Made by a program: the position numbers and the translations under genes
The notes under the pieces: model-generated
The model's input: the letters and a program-made list of their open reading frames with translations, nothing else
What the model was told of the DNA's origin: nothing
Databases searched by the model: none
Source of the DNA: Candidatus Pacearchaeota archaeon CG_4_10_14_0_2_um_filter_35_33
GTDB lineage: Archaea > Nanobdellota > Nanobdellia > Pacearchaeales > GW2011-AR1
NCBI GenBank assembly: GCA_002792635.1
Contig: PFOR01000027.1
Span: forward strand, 2,563-66,562
Direction of reading: 5' to 3'
Length of the DNA stretch: 64,000 nucleotides
Shown: positions 53,573-62,575 of the stretch, piece by piece
Position numbering within the stretch: the first letter of the stretch is position 1
Layout: each line of letters opens with the position of its first letter

Positions 53573-56378
53573 AGCATTTGATCTTATTTAAGCTAATAGA
53601 CGGATAGCTTGGTTTGGACTGTGATGAAGGACGTGGCAAGCTGCGATAAGCCTCGGCGAGGTGCATGCGACCATTGAACCGAGGATTTCCTAATGCGATA
53701 ACGTTTTATGTAGAGATGCAGATGGACGCCGGGAATTGAAACATCTTAGTACCGGCAGGAAAAGAAAGCAATTGCGATTCCCTTACTAGCAGCGAGCGAA
53801 AAGGGAACAGGGCGAACCGAATCTGCTCTTGAAAGAGAGTTAGAGATGTGGTGGATGCTAAACCTAAGTCATCGAGAAAAAGTTTTCTGGAAAGAAATAC
53901 CATAGAGGGTGATAGTCCCGTATTTGAAGATGATATGGCAGGCTCCGAAAGAGTAGGGCCTCCTAGATTGGAGGTCTGAATACAGGTAGATTAATACCTA
54001 ACCCTAAATATTAGTCCAAGTCCGATAGCGAACTTAGTACCGCGAGGGAAAGCTGAAAAGTACTCTTGAAAGAGGGTTAAAAGACTTGAAATCTATTAGT
54101 GACATGATGGTTACGGCATTACGGTGTTGTAACGTACGTTTGGAAAAATGGGCCAAGGAGTTCTCTTATTTGGCGAGGTTAAATTGAATCCATAGCGAAA
54201 GCGAGTGTGAAAGCGCGTTAGTCAAATGGGGGATGACCCGAAACCGGACGATCTATTCGTGGACAAGCTGAAGTTTCCCGAAAGGGGAATGGAGGGCTGA
54301 AGCGTTGTTGTGTGCATGCACTCGTATGATCTGCGAATAGGGGTGAAAAGCCTATCTAGTTCGGCGATGGCTGGTTCCTGCCGAAATATGCCTAAGTATA
54401 GTCTCGCACAGTTTGTTAGCGGGGTAAAGTACGGATAGAGTTTGCCAGGGCCGAAAGGTTACGGAGCTTCTTCCAACTCAGAACCTGTTAATTGCGTAAT
54501 GCGGGAATGGCGGGCAGTGCGTAAGGTACTGTTCGAAGACCGGAACAACGGAGAGTGGAGTTAAGGTCCCTAATTGTTTGCTAAGTGTAACAAACTTTGT
54601 CGGAAACCTAAGACAGCGAGGATGTAGGCCCAGAAGCAGCCATCATTTAAAGAAAGCGTAACAGCTCACTTGTTGAGGTTTCTGGCGGGAAAAATGGACG
54701 GGGCTAAGCAAACAACCGATACTCCACCAGCTCTAGCAATAGAGTTTGGGTAGGCAGGCGTGGATTCTGCGCAGAAGGTTTTGTGAAAGCAAGGCTGGAG
54801 CGGGATCCAATGAGAATCTTGGCGGTAGTAAGATCAGATTACACTGAGAATGTGTAGCGCCGGAAGAGCAAGGTTTCCTTGGCACTATTGTTTAACCAAG
54901 GGTTAGTCGGCACCTAAGCCATATCTTAACTGCGTATGGCGAATGGAAATCAGGTTAATATTCCTGGACCGATTATATTTGTATGCGTTTCACTTCGGGA
55001 TAGACGGGAGCTTGAAAGGGCTTTTAAACAAGAAAGTTATGGATCGTAATGATAAGAAGTTACTGAATTGTTTGACGAAAACCGTTGAATCCGGGGGTCC
55101 GTGAAAGAGCGTATGCTTATGATATAATTGGCCGTACCCAGAATCGGCACTGATGCTCTGGCTTAGAAGGCTAAGGCGTGAAAGGATAAACTAATTCAGG
55201 GAATTCGGCAATTTGGCCCCGTATCTTCGGTATAAGGGGTGTCTATAGGTGTCTTTGAATATAGAAGGCGTTTGTAGATCGCAGTGACAAGGACTGCCCG
55301 ACTGTTTACCAAAAACGTAGCTGGTTGCAAATCCGAAAGGACTAGTATAACCGGTGAGATCTGCCCAGTCACGGTGTTTCAAACCCTGGTTCAACAGGGC
55401 TAAGACCCGTGAAACGGCGGGCCTAACTATGAGGCTCTTAAGGTAGCGTAATGCCTTGTCGTTTGAATGGCGACGTGCATGAATGGTTTAACGAGGTAGT
55501 CGCTGTCCCGAATTAGGACCTTCTGAACACACTTGATGGTGAAGATGCCATCGTCTCCTAGTGGGAAGCGGAGACCTTGTGAACCTTTACTGCAACTTGT
55601 TGCTGTGGTCTTAGGAAGAGTGCATAGCATAGGTAGGAGCGTCGAAACCAAGTTTCTGGACTTGGTGGAGCGACCGTGTAATACTACCCACCCTTCTTGA
55701 GGCTACTCACCCGAGAGGGGACACCAGCAGGCGGGCAGTTTGGCTGGGGCGGCACCCTGCAGAAAAGATATCTGTAGGGCCCAAAGACAAGCTCATCCAG
55801 GTTGGAAATCTGGAGTAGAGTGCGAAGGCAAAAGCTTGTCTGACTGTATTTCGAACAGCAAGAAATGCAGAGGTGAAAGCCGGGCTTAGCGACCCCACAT
55901 AGCCTCTTAATAGGGCTTGTGTGTGACAGAAAAGGTACTCCAAGGATAACAGGCTTGTCGCCCCCGATAGTCCATATTGACGGGGCGGTTTGGTACATCG
56001 CTGTCGGCTCTTCCTATCCTGGTTGTGCATAAGCAACCAAGGGTGTCGGAGTTCACGCGTTAAAAGGGATCGTTAGCTGGGTTAAGAACGTTGCGAGACA
56101 GTTTGTATGATATCTACTAGGAGTGTTGTGGTTTGAGTGGAACGAGCAAGTAGTACGAGAGGAACCTTGCTTGGATGCCTCTGGTGAGCGGTTGTTACGA
56201 GCAGGCCGCGCAGCTACGCATTGTGTGGATAAGTGCTGAAAGCATCTAAGCACGAAGCCATCCGCAAGACGAGACCACATAGGCCGTTATAGAAGATAAC
56301 GTTGATAGAGTTGGTGTGTAAGAACCGAGGTAACGAGGTTTTAAGCATGCAACTACTAATAGCCACACTTCAAATGCT
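53573..56378 (+). rRNA. rrl: 23S rRNA
   Basis: Helix 1 pairing of AGCATTTGA (53573-53581) with TCAAATGCT (56370-56378). GATGAAGGACGTGGCAAGCTGCGATAAGC lies near the 5' end and GCTGAAAGCATCTAAGCACGAAG near the 3' end. Confidence 0.9.
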
Positions 56379-56386
56379 AACTAATT

Positions 56387-56399
56387 GGATTTGCCTACT
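56387..56399 (+). other. 3' strand of the 23S processing helix
   Basis: GGATTTGCCTACT is complementary to 53533-53545. Confidence 0.65.
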
Positions 56400-56411
56400 A
56401 TTCATTTGTTT

Positions 56412-57100
56412 CTAAAAATTTAAATAAGATTGAATGTTAATCCCTGTGTGGGGAGTAGATATTTTTTTATTTGGATTGTTGTGATAATGGTCTCTTAATG
56501 CTCCGACAATTTTTGCTTTTTTAGCTAAATCTACGACATCCCTTCCGTAAACTACTGCTTCTTCATCAGATGACTTTGCACTATCAGTTAGAGCTGTTTT
56601 TATTAAATCTACATCAGCATCTGTTAATTCAGATTCTGATTTTTGAGGTCCTAAAGTTGGTTCAAGCCAAATCCTTGCAATATCTTTTTTCTTTGTTCCT
56701 GCTTTCTTGTCTGTAATTGTGATGCTAGCAATTTCACTAATATTCTCTCCGACAAGCATCTGCGATTCGCTTCTATAAACTCCTCCTGGAACTTTCTGTA
56801 ATTTCTGTTTTATATTATCCCAAGCTGTCCATCTTAAAGCCAGAATGTAACCATCAACGTGATGGGATTTTTGAATCGGTCCGTGTTTCCTGGACGCCCA
56901 TCTTCCATGTAATCCGTTTGCTATTGCTGTTAATGTTAATCCGCCGATACCCTTTGAGGTTATAGTATATCCTGAATCCGTGTTGAATAAGGTTTCATAC
57001 GCTTTTCCGAGTCCCTCATTTAGAGATGTGGCAAAATCTTCCTAACAAGATTACTGTTTGTAATTTTATGTAGTCCTCTTGAAATTTATCCTCTAGCCAT
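56412..57100 (-). pseudogene. Disrupted gene of unknown family next to the 23S 3' end
   Basis: The main frame is open for 209 codons (57042 down to 56415) but its first start codon is at 56759. The upstream 94 codons look coding (LNEGLGKAYETLFNTDSGYTITSKGIGG...). An ATG at 57100 with a correctly spaced TATA is followed by TAA after 4 codons and a frame change. Confidence 0.45.
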
Positions 57101-57159
57101 AAAATTGTCTTTTTTTTCTCGCTTTAAAAACACTTCTAATTCTGGAGATGTAACAAAAA

Positions 57160-58104
57160 TCAGCCAATGGGTACGAAAAGAACAATAAGGATAAAGGAAA
57201 TTAATGATAAGACTATTAATGTTATTATTACTCCCAATAACCAACCGAAAAATGCTCTTACTCCTGAAATTTCATGAGTAACTGCAAAACCGATTATAAC
57301 TAAAACCAATGACCAGATTAATGCCGGTGCTGAAAGTAATGTGAGAAAGGGAACAAATATTGAGACGAGGAAGACTATTGGAGCCAAAACCATTCCCGGA
57401 GTGGTAGCATAGATTATTGCATTGTATGTTTGTGTTAGCGTTCCCTTAGACTTAACTATTTTTAATCCGAGGTGCATAAGTGCTGCTGCAATAAAGGACA
57501 TTATCGGACCAAGGATGAAGATAAACACAAAGTACATCCCTGCTACTGCTTCAAATAAAGCAACTCCGGCCATGTTTAAGATGAATTCCAAGAATGCAGG
57601 AACTTGTGCCTGGGAACCGAGGAGGGCTATAAAACTCTGCAAGGATAATACAAATTGCACCGCAAAGATTGCTGTTACAATTGAAATTATAAGAAACGGC
57701 ACTATTGCTAAAAGAAGATAATATTTTAGTGTGTCCCATTTTTTATCATCTTTTATTTCATTGAATAATTGTACGGGGTGCGTGAATGACATTCCAATTT
57801 TTCCGAAGAATTTGGGACCTCCAACAAGTTTATCTGATTTAGGTTTTTTTGCGGGAGCAAATGTTTTCATGGGTTTTTCCATTGGCTTTTCTTTTTGTAT
57901 CTCTGGCATTTTTTGGTTTGGATTATAACCCTCTGGATAATAGCCAGACATCTTGGGCCTATATTGGCGCGGTAAATGATTTATGGCTTCTAGAACATCT
58001 TTTTCGGAATGATTGTGCCTTATTAATTCCTGTTTAAGTTCTTCAAGAGAAAATCCTCTTTTTATGCCTTCTTCAAAATACCTTACAATATCTTCATTCA
58101 CCAT
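57160..58104 (-). CDS. Yip1-like polytopic membrane protein with an N-terminal helical module
   Basis: Soluble N-terminus, a P/K-rich linker, then 5 TM helices. The Yip1 assignment rests on topology and pattern only. Confidence 0.5.
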   Translation of the reverse strand: MVNEDIVRYFEEGIKRGFSLEELKQELIRHNHSEKDVLEAINHLPRQYRPKMSGYYPEGYNPNQKMPEIQKEKPMEKPMKTFAPAKKPKSDKLVGGPKFFGKIGMSFTHPVQLFNEIKDDKKWDTLKYYLLLAIVPFLIISIVTAIFAVQFVLSLQSFIALLGSQAQVPAFLEFILNMAGVALFEAVAGMYFVFIFILGPIMSFIAAALMHLGLKIVKSKGTLTQTYNAIIYATTPGMVLAPIVFLVSIFVPFLTLLSAPALIWSLVLVIIGFAVTHEISGVRAFFGWLLGVIITLIVLSLISFILIVLFVPIG

Positions 58105-58144
58105 CTTCTTATCATTTAGAAGGAAAAATAATTTAAATAGTTAT

Positions 58145-58564
58145 CTAAGAGCCAGCTTTTTCATCGTAATAATTTTCTTCATCTCTTTTCGTATTTTTTA
58201 GCCCCTTAATGAAATAAAATCCGACATATATCAAAACAAGTATTGAAGTTAATGAAACAAAAAATGTTGTATATGGGCCTTTGTATCTGTAAAAAACTGC
58301 AGAATCAAAAACTGCTAAAACTAAAAGCCCGGTTATTGTACCTAAATAAGGGTTTGTTATTATAAAGGATTTATCCCATAAAATGAACAGGGTCGAAACG
58401 ATTGCTATAACTAAAGCAAATGCTATTTCTACAAACCCAAGGGATTCTTCTGGCACAACAGAAGCCTTTAGTATGAAAAATGTTAAGGGGATTATTAGGA
58501 GGATTATAAATACAATTATGTTATGTAAATTGGAAAACCGGTTTACCTCTCTTTTCTTAGGCAT
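58145..58564 (-). CDS. Four-TM membrane protein (139 aa)
   Basis: Hydrophobic helices. The ATG lies 29 nt from the shared TATA at 58586-58593. Confidence 0.5.
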   Translation of the reverse strand: MPKKREVNRFSNLHNIIVFIILLIIPLTFFILKASVVPEESLGFVEIAFALVIAIVSTLFILWDKSFIITNPYLGTITGLLVLAVFDSAVFYRYKGPYTTFFVSLTSILVLIYVGFYFIKGLKNTKRDEENYYDEKAGS

Positions 58565-58580
58565 GTTGTTGTTAAGATAA

Positions 58581-58594
58581 TAAGGTTTAAAAAC
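58581..58594. promoter_or_regulatory. 14-mer TAAGGTTTAAAAAC; its TATA box is shared by RNase P RNA (+) and gene 58145-58564 (-)
   Basis: The 50-nt spacer has the TATA octamer exactly centred (21-8-21). Confidence 0.6.
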
Positions 58595-58614
58595 CTATTT
58601 TTATCAGTTTTAAT

Positions 58615-58929
58615 GAGTCGGGTAGCTGGCTTCGGAATCAGACATTAAATTGTCAAGCTATATAAAAGCGGATTCTGAGGAAGGTCCGGGCATCTCGTCG
58701 TAAGACGAAAAGTGCGATTCACGAAAGTGAACTGTCATGAGGCAGAGCTCTGGTATAGAAACGACACAGCCTATATTGCGCTAGGATCCGTGAGGGGAGC
58801 TTGCTTTGTAGGATTTGCTGGAACGAGCAACTTCGCTGATGCAAGAGTCATAGCCGCTCGCTAAGTAGGATGTCAGCACATTCCGTCTGATTACAGGGAA
58901 TGACAGAACCTGGCCTATTCCCGACTCAC
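58615..58929 (+). ncRNA. rnpB: RNase P RNA (archaeal type A)
   Basis: GAGGAAGGTCCGGGC and ACAGAACCTGGCC conserved regions. The 5' GAGTCGGGTAG pairs with the 3' CTATTCCCGACTC. Confidence 0.85.
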
Positions 58930-58940
58930 TTTTCTAAACA

Positions 58941-58948
58941 TTTAAAAG
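58941..58948 (+). promoter_or_regulatory. TATA box of tRNA-Phe
   Basis: TTTAAAAG starts 31 nt upstream of the tRNA 5' end. Confidence 0.5.
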
Positions 58949-58971
58949 CAAATTATATCTTGTTTGAAGAT

Positions 58972-59043
58972 GGGACGGTAGCTCAGTGGGAGAGCACACG
59001 ACTGAAGCTCGTGGTGTCGGGGGTTCGATTCCCTCCCGTCCCA
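58972..59043 (+). tRNA. tRNA-Phe (GAA)
   Basis: Clean cloverleaf: GGGACGG / GCTC-AGTGGGA-GAGC / CACGA-CTGAAGC-TCGTG / GGGGG-TTCGATT-CCCTC / CCGTCCC-A. Confidence 0.95.
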
Positions 59044-59093
59044 TTTGGGAATCGAACATACTCTTTTATATATGGAATATACTATAGATTAAG

Positions 59094-59480
59094 ATGATAG
59101 GCGTGATAATTGTTGCTGTAATAGGACTTCTATTGTCCTTGTATACGCTTTATGTAGAAGGAAGGCTAAAAAAAGATAAAAATTACAAGGCAGTCTGTGA
59201 TATTGGGAATGCCTCATGTACAAGGGTATTTAGTAGTGAATTTGGAAAGACCTTGGGGATTTCTAATGGAATATGGGGGATATTGTTGTATGTTATGATA
59301 TTGGCATTGGTTTGGTTGAATTTAACAGATTATGTTTTTTACATATCAATTATTGCATTTCTTGGAACTTTGTATTTGGCCTATACATCGTATTTTAGAT
59401 TGAAAGATTTTTGTTTAGTTTGCAGTGGAATCTATATTGTTAATGTTTTGCTTTTGGTATTTAGCTGGTTGGGAATTTAA
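59094..59480 (+). CDS. VKOR (vitamin K epoxide reductase) family disulfide-generating membrane protein
   Basis: SLYTLYVEGRLKKDKNYKAVCDIGNASCTRVFSSEFGKTLG parallels human VKORC1 [42 protein letters not shown] as recalled. A CxxC (CLVC) lies in the last TM helix. Confidence 0.85.
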   Translation: MIGVIIVAVIGLLLSLYTLYVEGRLKKDKNYKAVCDIGNASCTRVFSSEFGKTLGISNGIWGILLYVMILALVWLNLTDYVFYISIIAFLGTLYLAYTSYFRLKDFCLVCSGIYIVNVLLLVFSWLGI

Positions 59481-59514
59481 AAACATTTATAAAAGAAAGT
59501 TGTTTTTATAGTTC

Positions 59515-59811
59515 ATGGTAAAAAAAGAGGTTGCTAGTAATAAGGTTCTTGATGATGGTGGACTTACAGGATGGAGTCTTGGTCTAATTGCTTTAATATT
59601 TTCCCTTATCTTTCCCATTGCCGGATTTATTATGGGTGTTGTTGGATTGATTGTTAACAGGAAGGAGAGAAGATATGCGAAAAACATGTTTACCAAAACC
59701 GGAAAGACGTTGAATATTGTTGCATTAGTTGTGAGTGTTATCTTGTTTATTGCCAGCCTTGTTGCTGTAACATATCTTGAAAGTGCGTTGAGCCAGATTG
59801 GAGGTATTTAA
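59515..59811 (+). CDS. Small two-TM membrane protein (DUF4190-like)
   Basis: GWSLGLIALIFSLIFPIAGFIMGVVGLIVN. Confidence 0.45.
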   Translation: MVKKEVASNKVLDDGGLTGWSLGLIALIFSLIFPIAGFIMGVVGLIVNRKERRYAKNMFTKTGKTLNIVALVVSVILFIASLVAVTYLESALSQIGGI

Positions 59812-59813
59812 TA

Positions 59814-60410
59814 ATGAAAAAGAAAGGTGCCTTTGAGCTTTCTATCGGCACAGTGGTTGTTATTGTTATTGCGATGGCATTATTAATTATGGGTCTTGTT
59901 CTTGTCAGAAATATTTTTACAGGTGCCACTGAAAGTGTTGATAGGATTGATGATGGAATTAAAGAGGAGATACAGGGTGTTTTTTCGACGGAAAGAGATG
60001 ATGTCATTGTTAAACTGGGGGAAAGTAGAACAGCAAAAGTTAAGGCTAATGGTGAAAGGTTTGGAATAGTTTTGGGAGCCAGAACTCCTGATGGTTCTGC
60101 GGCAAGGGGTAGAGAAAGGTTGCAATATCAACTTTCTTTAGAAGAGCCTACTGGAAATAATTGTGCTTCTTTGATTGGAACAACAGCAACCAAAAATTTA
60201 TTTGAGACGCCTCTTGATAGTTATAGGGGTTTTGATCAGTACGACGGAGCTAATGCATATGCTTTAATTGAATTAAACATTCCTGAAGGTACCGCATCAT
60301 GCACTCAGAAAATTTACATAGATGTTAAAGACACTGATTCTGGGTTGACAGAACCTTATGTTGGGACTTTCTTTAGAATTGAAGTTCTAAAGTCCGGAAT
60401 ATTTGGTTAA
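59814..60410 (+). CDS. Class III signal peptide (pilin-like) protein
   Basis: MKKKG|AFELSIGTVVVIVIAMALLIMGLVLV. Confidence 0.55.
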   Translation: MKKKGAFELSIGTVVVIVIAMALLIMGLVLVRNIFTGATESVDRIDDGIKEEIQGVFSTERDDVIVKLGESRTAKVKANGERFGIVLGARTPDGSAARGRERLQYQLSLEEPTGNNCASLIGTTATKNLFETPLDSYRGFDQYDGANAYALIELNIPEGTASCTQKIYIDVKDTDSGLTEPYVGTFFRIEVLKSGIFG

Positions 60411-60411
60411 G

Positions 60412-61698
60412 ATGAGTCAATATTTGGATTTTGTTGATATGAAGTATAAGCCTAAGAAAGATGATTTGATTTGCTTGTTCAGAATAGAACCAAATGGATT
60501 GAGTTTTAATGATGCTATCGGAAGAGTTGCTGCTGAATCAAGTAATGGAACATGGACTACTCTTTCAACGTTAAAACCCCATATAAGAAAAATAAGAGGG
60601 CGGGCTTTTTATAGAAAAGGAAATTTAGTTAAGATTGCTTATCCGTCTGAATTGTTTGAACTTGGAAATATGGCTCAAGTTTATTCTGCTATTGCAGGAA
60701 ACATTTTTGGCATGAAGGCTGTCGATAATTTAAGACTTTTAGACATTGATTTTCCCGACATGATGATGAAATCGTTTAGAGGACCTCAGTTTGGAATTGA
60801 AGGAGTCAGGAAATTCATGAAGGTTAAAGGGAGACCTTTGACTGCAACAGTTCCAAAACCAAAAGTTGGAATGACTACAAGAGAACATGCAAAAGTTGGG
60901 TATGATGCTTGGATGGGAGGAATTGATTTTTTGAAAGATGATGAAAATTTAACAGATCAAAAATTCAATCGATTTAAAGCAAGGGCAAAGGCTTGTGCAA
61001 AGATGAGGGATAAGGCTGAAAAGAAAACTGGAGAGATAAAAGATTATTTCATTAATGTTACTGCTGAAAGTAAGGAGATGTTGAAGAGGGCTAAGATTGC
61101 AAAGAATTATGGCTTCAAATACGTAATGTGTGATATCGTTACTGCTGGATGGAGTGGATTACAAACACTTCGGGAACATTGCCAGGATTCTAAACAAGCG
61201 ATTCATGCACATAGGGCTATGCATGCCACATTCACGAGAAATCCTAAACATGGAATATCTATGTTAACCCTTGCTAAATCAGCAAGATTAGTTGGTGTTG
61301 ATAATATTCACATTGGAACAGTCATTGGAAAGCTAGTTGGAACAAAAGATGAGGTTTTAAATTTAGAAAGAGAAATGGAATATCATAGTATGAGGGAAGA
61401 TTTTAAGGAGGGTATTTTGGAAGAGGATTGGAAGAGGATAAAATCGGTATTTCCTTGTTCTTCCGGGGGTTTACATCCAGGAATCCTGCCAGAGATAATG
61501 GACATGATGGGCAAGAATATAATGGTTCAGCTTGGAGGGGGGATTCATGGGCATCCTGATGGAACAAAATCAGGAGCCATGGCGACTAGACAGGCAATTG
61601 ACGCTTATATAAGGAAAGTTAAAATAAAAGAAGCTACATTAATTTATCCTGAATTGACAAGAGCGTTGAATAAATGGGGTCATGAAAAGCCAGTTTAG
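60412..61698 (+). CDS. rbcL: RuBisCO large subunit, form III (archaeal type)
   Basis: VPKPKVG, GGIDFLKDDENL, IHAHRAMHA, NIHIGT, CSSGGLHPG and QLGGGIHGHPDG, so all catalytic contexts are present. The ATG at 60412 lies 1 nt after the previous stop. Confidence 0.9.
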   Translation: MSQYLDFVDMKYKPKKDDLICLFRIEPNGLSFNDAIGRVAAESSNGTWTTLSTLKPHIRKIRGRAFYRKGNLVKIAYPSELFELGNMAQVYSAIAGNIFGMKAVDNLRLLDIDFPDMMMKSFRGPQFGIEGVRKFMKVKGRPLTATVPKPKVGMTTREHAKVGYDAWMGGIDFLKDDENLTDQKFNRFKARAKACAKMRDKAEKKTGEIKDYFINVTAESKEMLKRAKIAKNYGFKYVMCDIVTAGWSGLQTLREHCQDSKQAIHAHRAMHATFTRNPKHGISMLTLAKSARLVGVDNIHIGTVIGKLVGTKDEVLNLEREMEYHSMREDFKEGILEEDWKRIKSVFPCSSGGLHPGILPEIMDMMGKNIMVQLGGGIHGHPDGTKSGAMATRQAIDAYIRKVKIKEATLIYPELTRALNKWGHEKPV

Positions 61699-61732
61699 AT
61701 AAAATTAAAAGTCTCTATCTGCTAGATTATTT

Positions 61733-62296
61733 ATGGAGTATAAGAAGTATAAATGGTTTTACACGAAAAATAAGAAGTTAGTTGTGGCCGGAAAATCGGC
61801 AGAGAATAATGACAAATTGTTGAAGGAAATTCTGGATACTGGGAAAGAATATTGGGTTTGTCACACGAGCCATCCAGGTTCTCCTTTTTCAGTTATAATT
61901 GATGGAAGTAAAAAAGATATTGAAGAGGCAGCTATGTTTACAGGTTGTTTTAGCAGGGCTTGGAAACAGGGAAAAAAGAAAACAAAAGTTAATATTTTTA
62001 AATCAAGCCAATTACAAAAAATAAAAGGTATGAAAATTGGAACTTGGGGTGTTCTTGGGAGAGTTGAAAAAATGGAAGTGAGCTTAAAATTAGTTTTGAC
62101 AAAGCAAAAAAATGTTTGGAAAGCCGTTCCGGAAAAATCTGCTGGAAAAAAAATACTAGGAATTTGTCCAGGAAATGTTGACAAAGAAAAGAGGATTAGT
62201 GTATTAATAGATAAGATTAAAGAAAAGAGCAAGATGAAAATTGATAAGAACCAGCTTATTGCTGCATTGCCTGCGGGAGGATTTGAGATTTATTAA
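61733..62296 (+). CDS. NFACT-R/DUF814-domain protein
   Basis: VVAGKSAENNDKLLKEIL...YWVCHTSHPGSPFSVI resembles the DUF814 core (GRN..QND.L......D.W.H....GSHV). Confidence 0.55.
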   Translation: MEYKKYKWFYTKNKKLVVAGKSAENNDKLLKEILDTGKEYWVCHTSHPGSPFSVIIDGSKKDIEEAAMFTGCFSRAWKQGKKKTKVNIFKSSQLQKIKGMKIGTWGVLGRVEKMEVSLKLVLTKQKNVWKAVPEKSAGKKILGICPGNVDKEKRISVLIDKIKEKSKMKIDKNQLIAALPAGGFEIY

Positions 62297-62525
62297 TGGT
62301 TATCTTTCCTCGAGATGATAATTTCATACGATGCATTTTTTGTTTGTAAGTTGCACGGATTTGATAGTGATTCCTTGAGACATGCAATCCTTCTTCTGTT
62401 GAACCTACAGTTATCAATTTATTTGGGATTTCATTATCTCTTAATTCTGTTGCAAGTTCATCATATGATTGAGCTATTTTTTCTAACTCTTCTTCCACTC
62501 TAGTTGTTTCAACTGGGTTTACCAT
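62256..62525 (-). CDS. Hypothetical protein (89 aa)
   Basis: The ATG lies exactly 29 nt from a shared central TATA (62547-62554). Its 3' end overlaps the convergent gene by 41 nt. Confidence 0.45.
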   Translation of the reverse strand: MVNPVETTRVEEELEKIAQSYDELATELRDNEIPNKLITVGSTEEGLHVSRNHYQIRATYKQKMHRMKLSSRGKITINKSQILPQAMQQ

Positions 62526-62546
62526 CTGGTTCCGAAAAAATATATG

Positions 62547-62554
62547 TTTTTAAA
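62547..62554. promoter_or_regulatory. Single TATA box (TTTTTAAA / TTTAAAAA) shared by 62525(-) and 62576(+)
   Basis: 50-nt spacer with 21-8-21 geometry. Confidence 0.6.
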
Positions 62555-62575
62555 CATTGCCGTTTTCTATAAATT

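Noticed and set aside
52019-56280. About twenty ORFs of 60-115 aa on both strands between 52019 and 56280
   Set aside because: All lie inside the 16S or 23S rRNA genes and are artefacts of GC-rich, stop-poor rRNA sequence.
58900-59097. 65-aa ORF on the plus strand
   Set aside because: It spans the RNase P RNA 3' end and the whole tRNA-Phe gene, so it is not coding.
59713-59731. TATTGTTGCATTAGTTG, similar to the island TIR core CATTGTTGCATTGTTG
   Set aside because: It lies in frame inside a membrane-protein gene, encoding NIVALVV. ATT-GTT-GCA-TT is a common codon string here. There is no partner repeat or duplication nearby.
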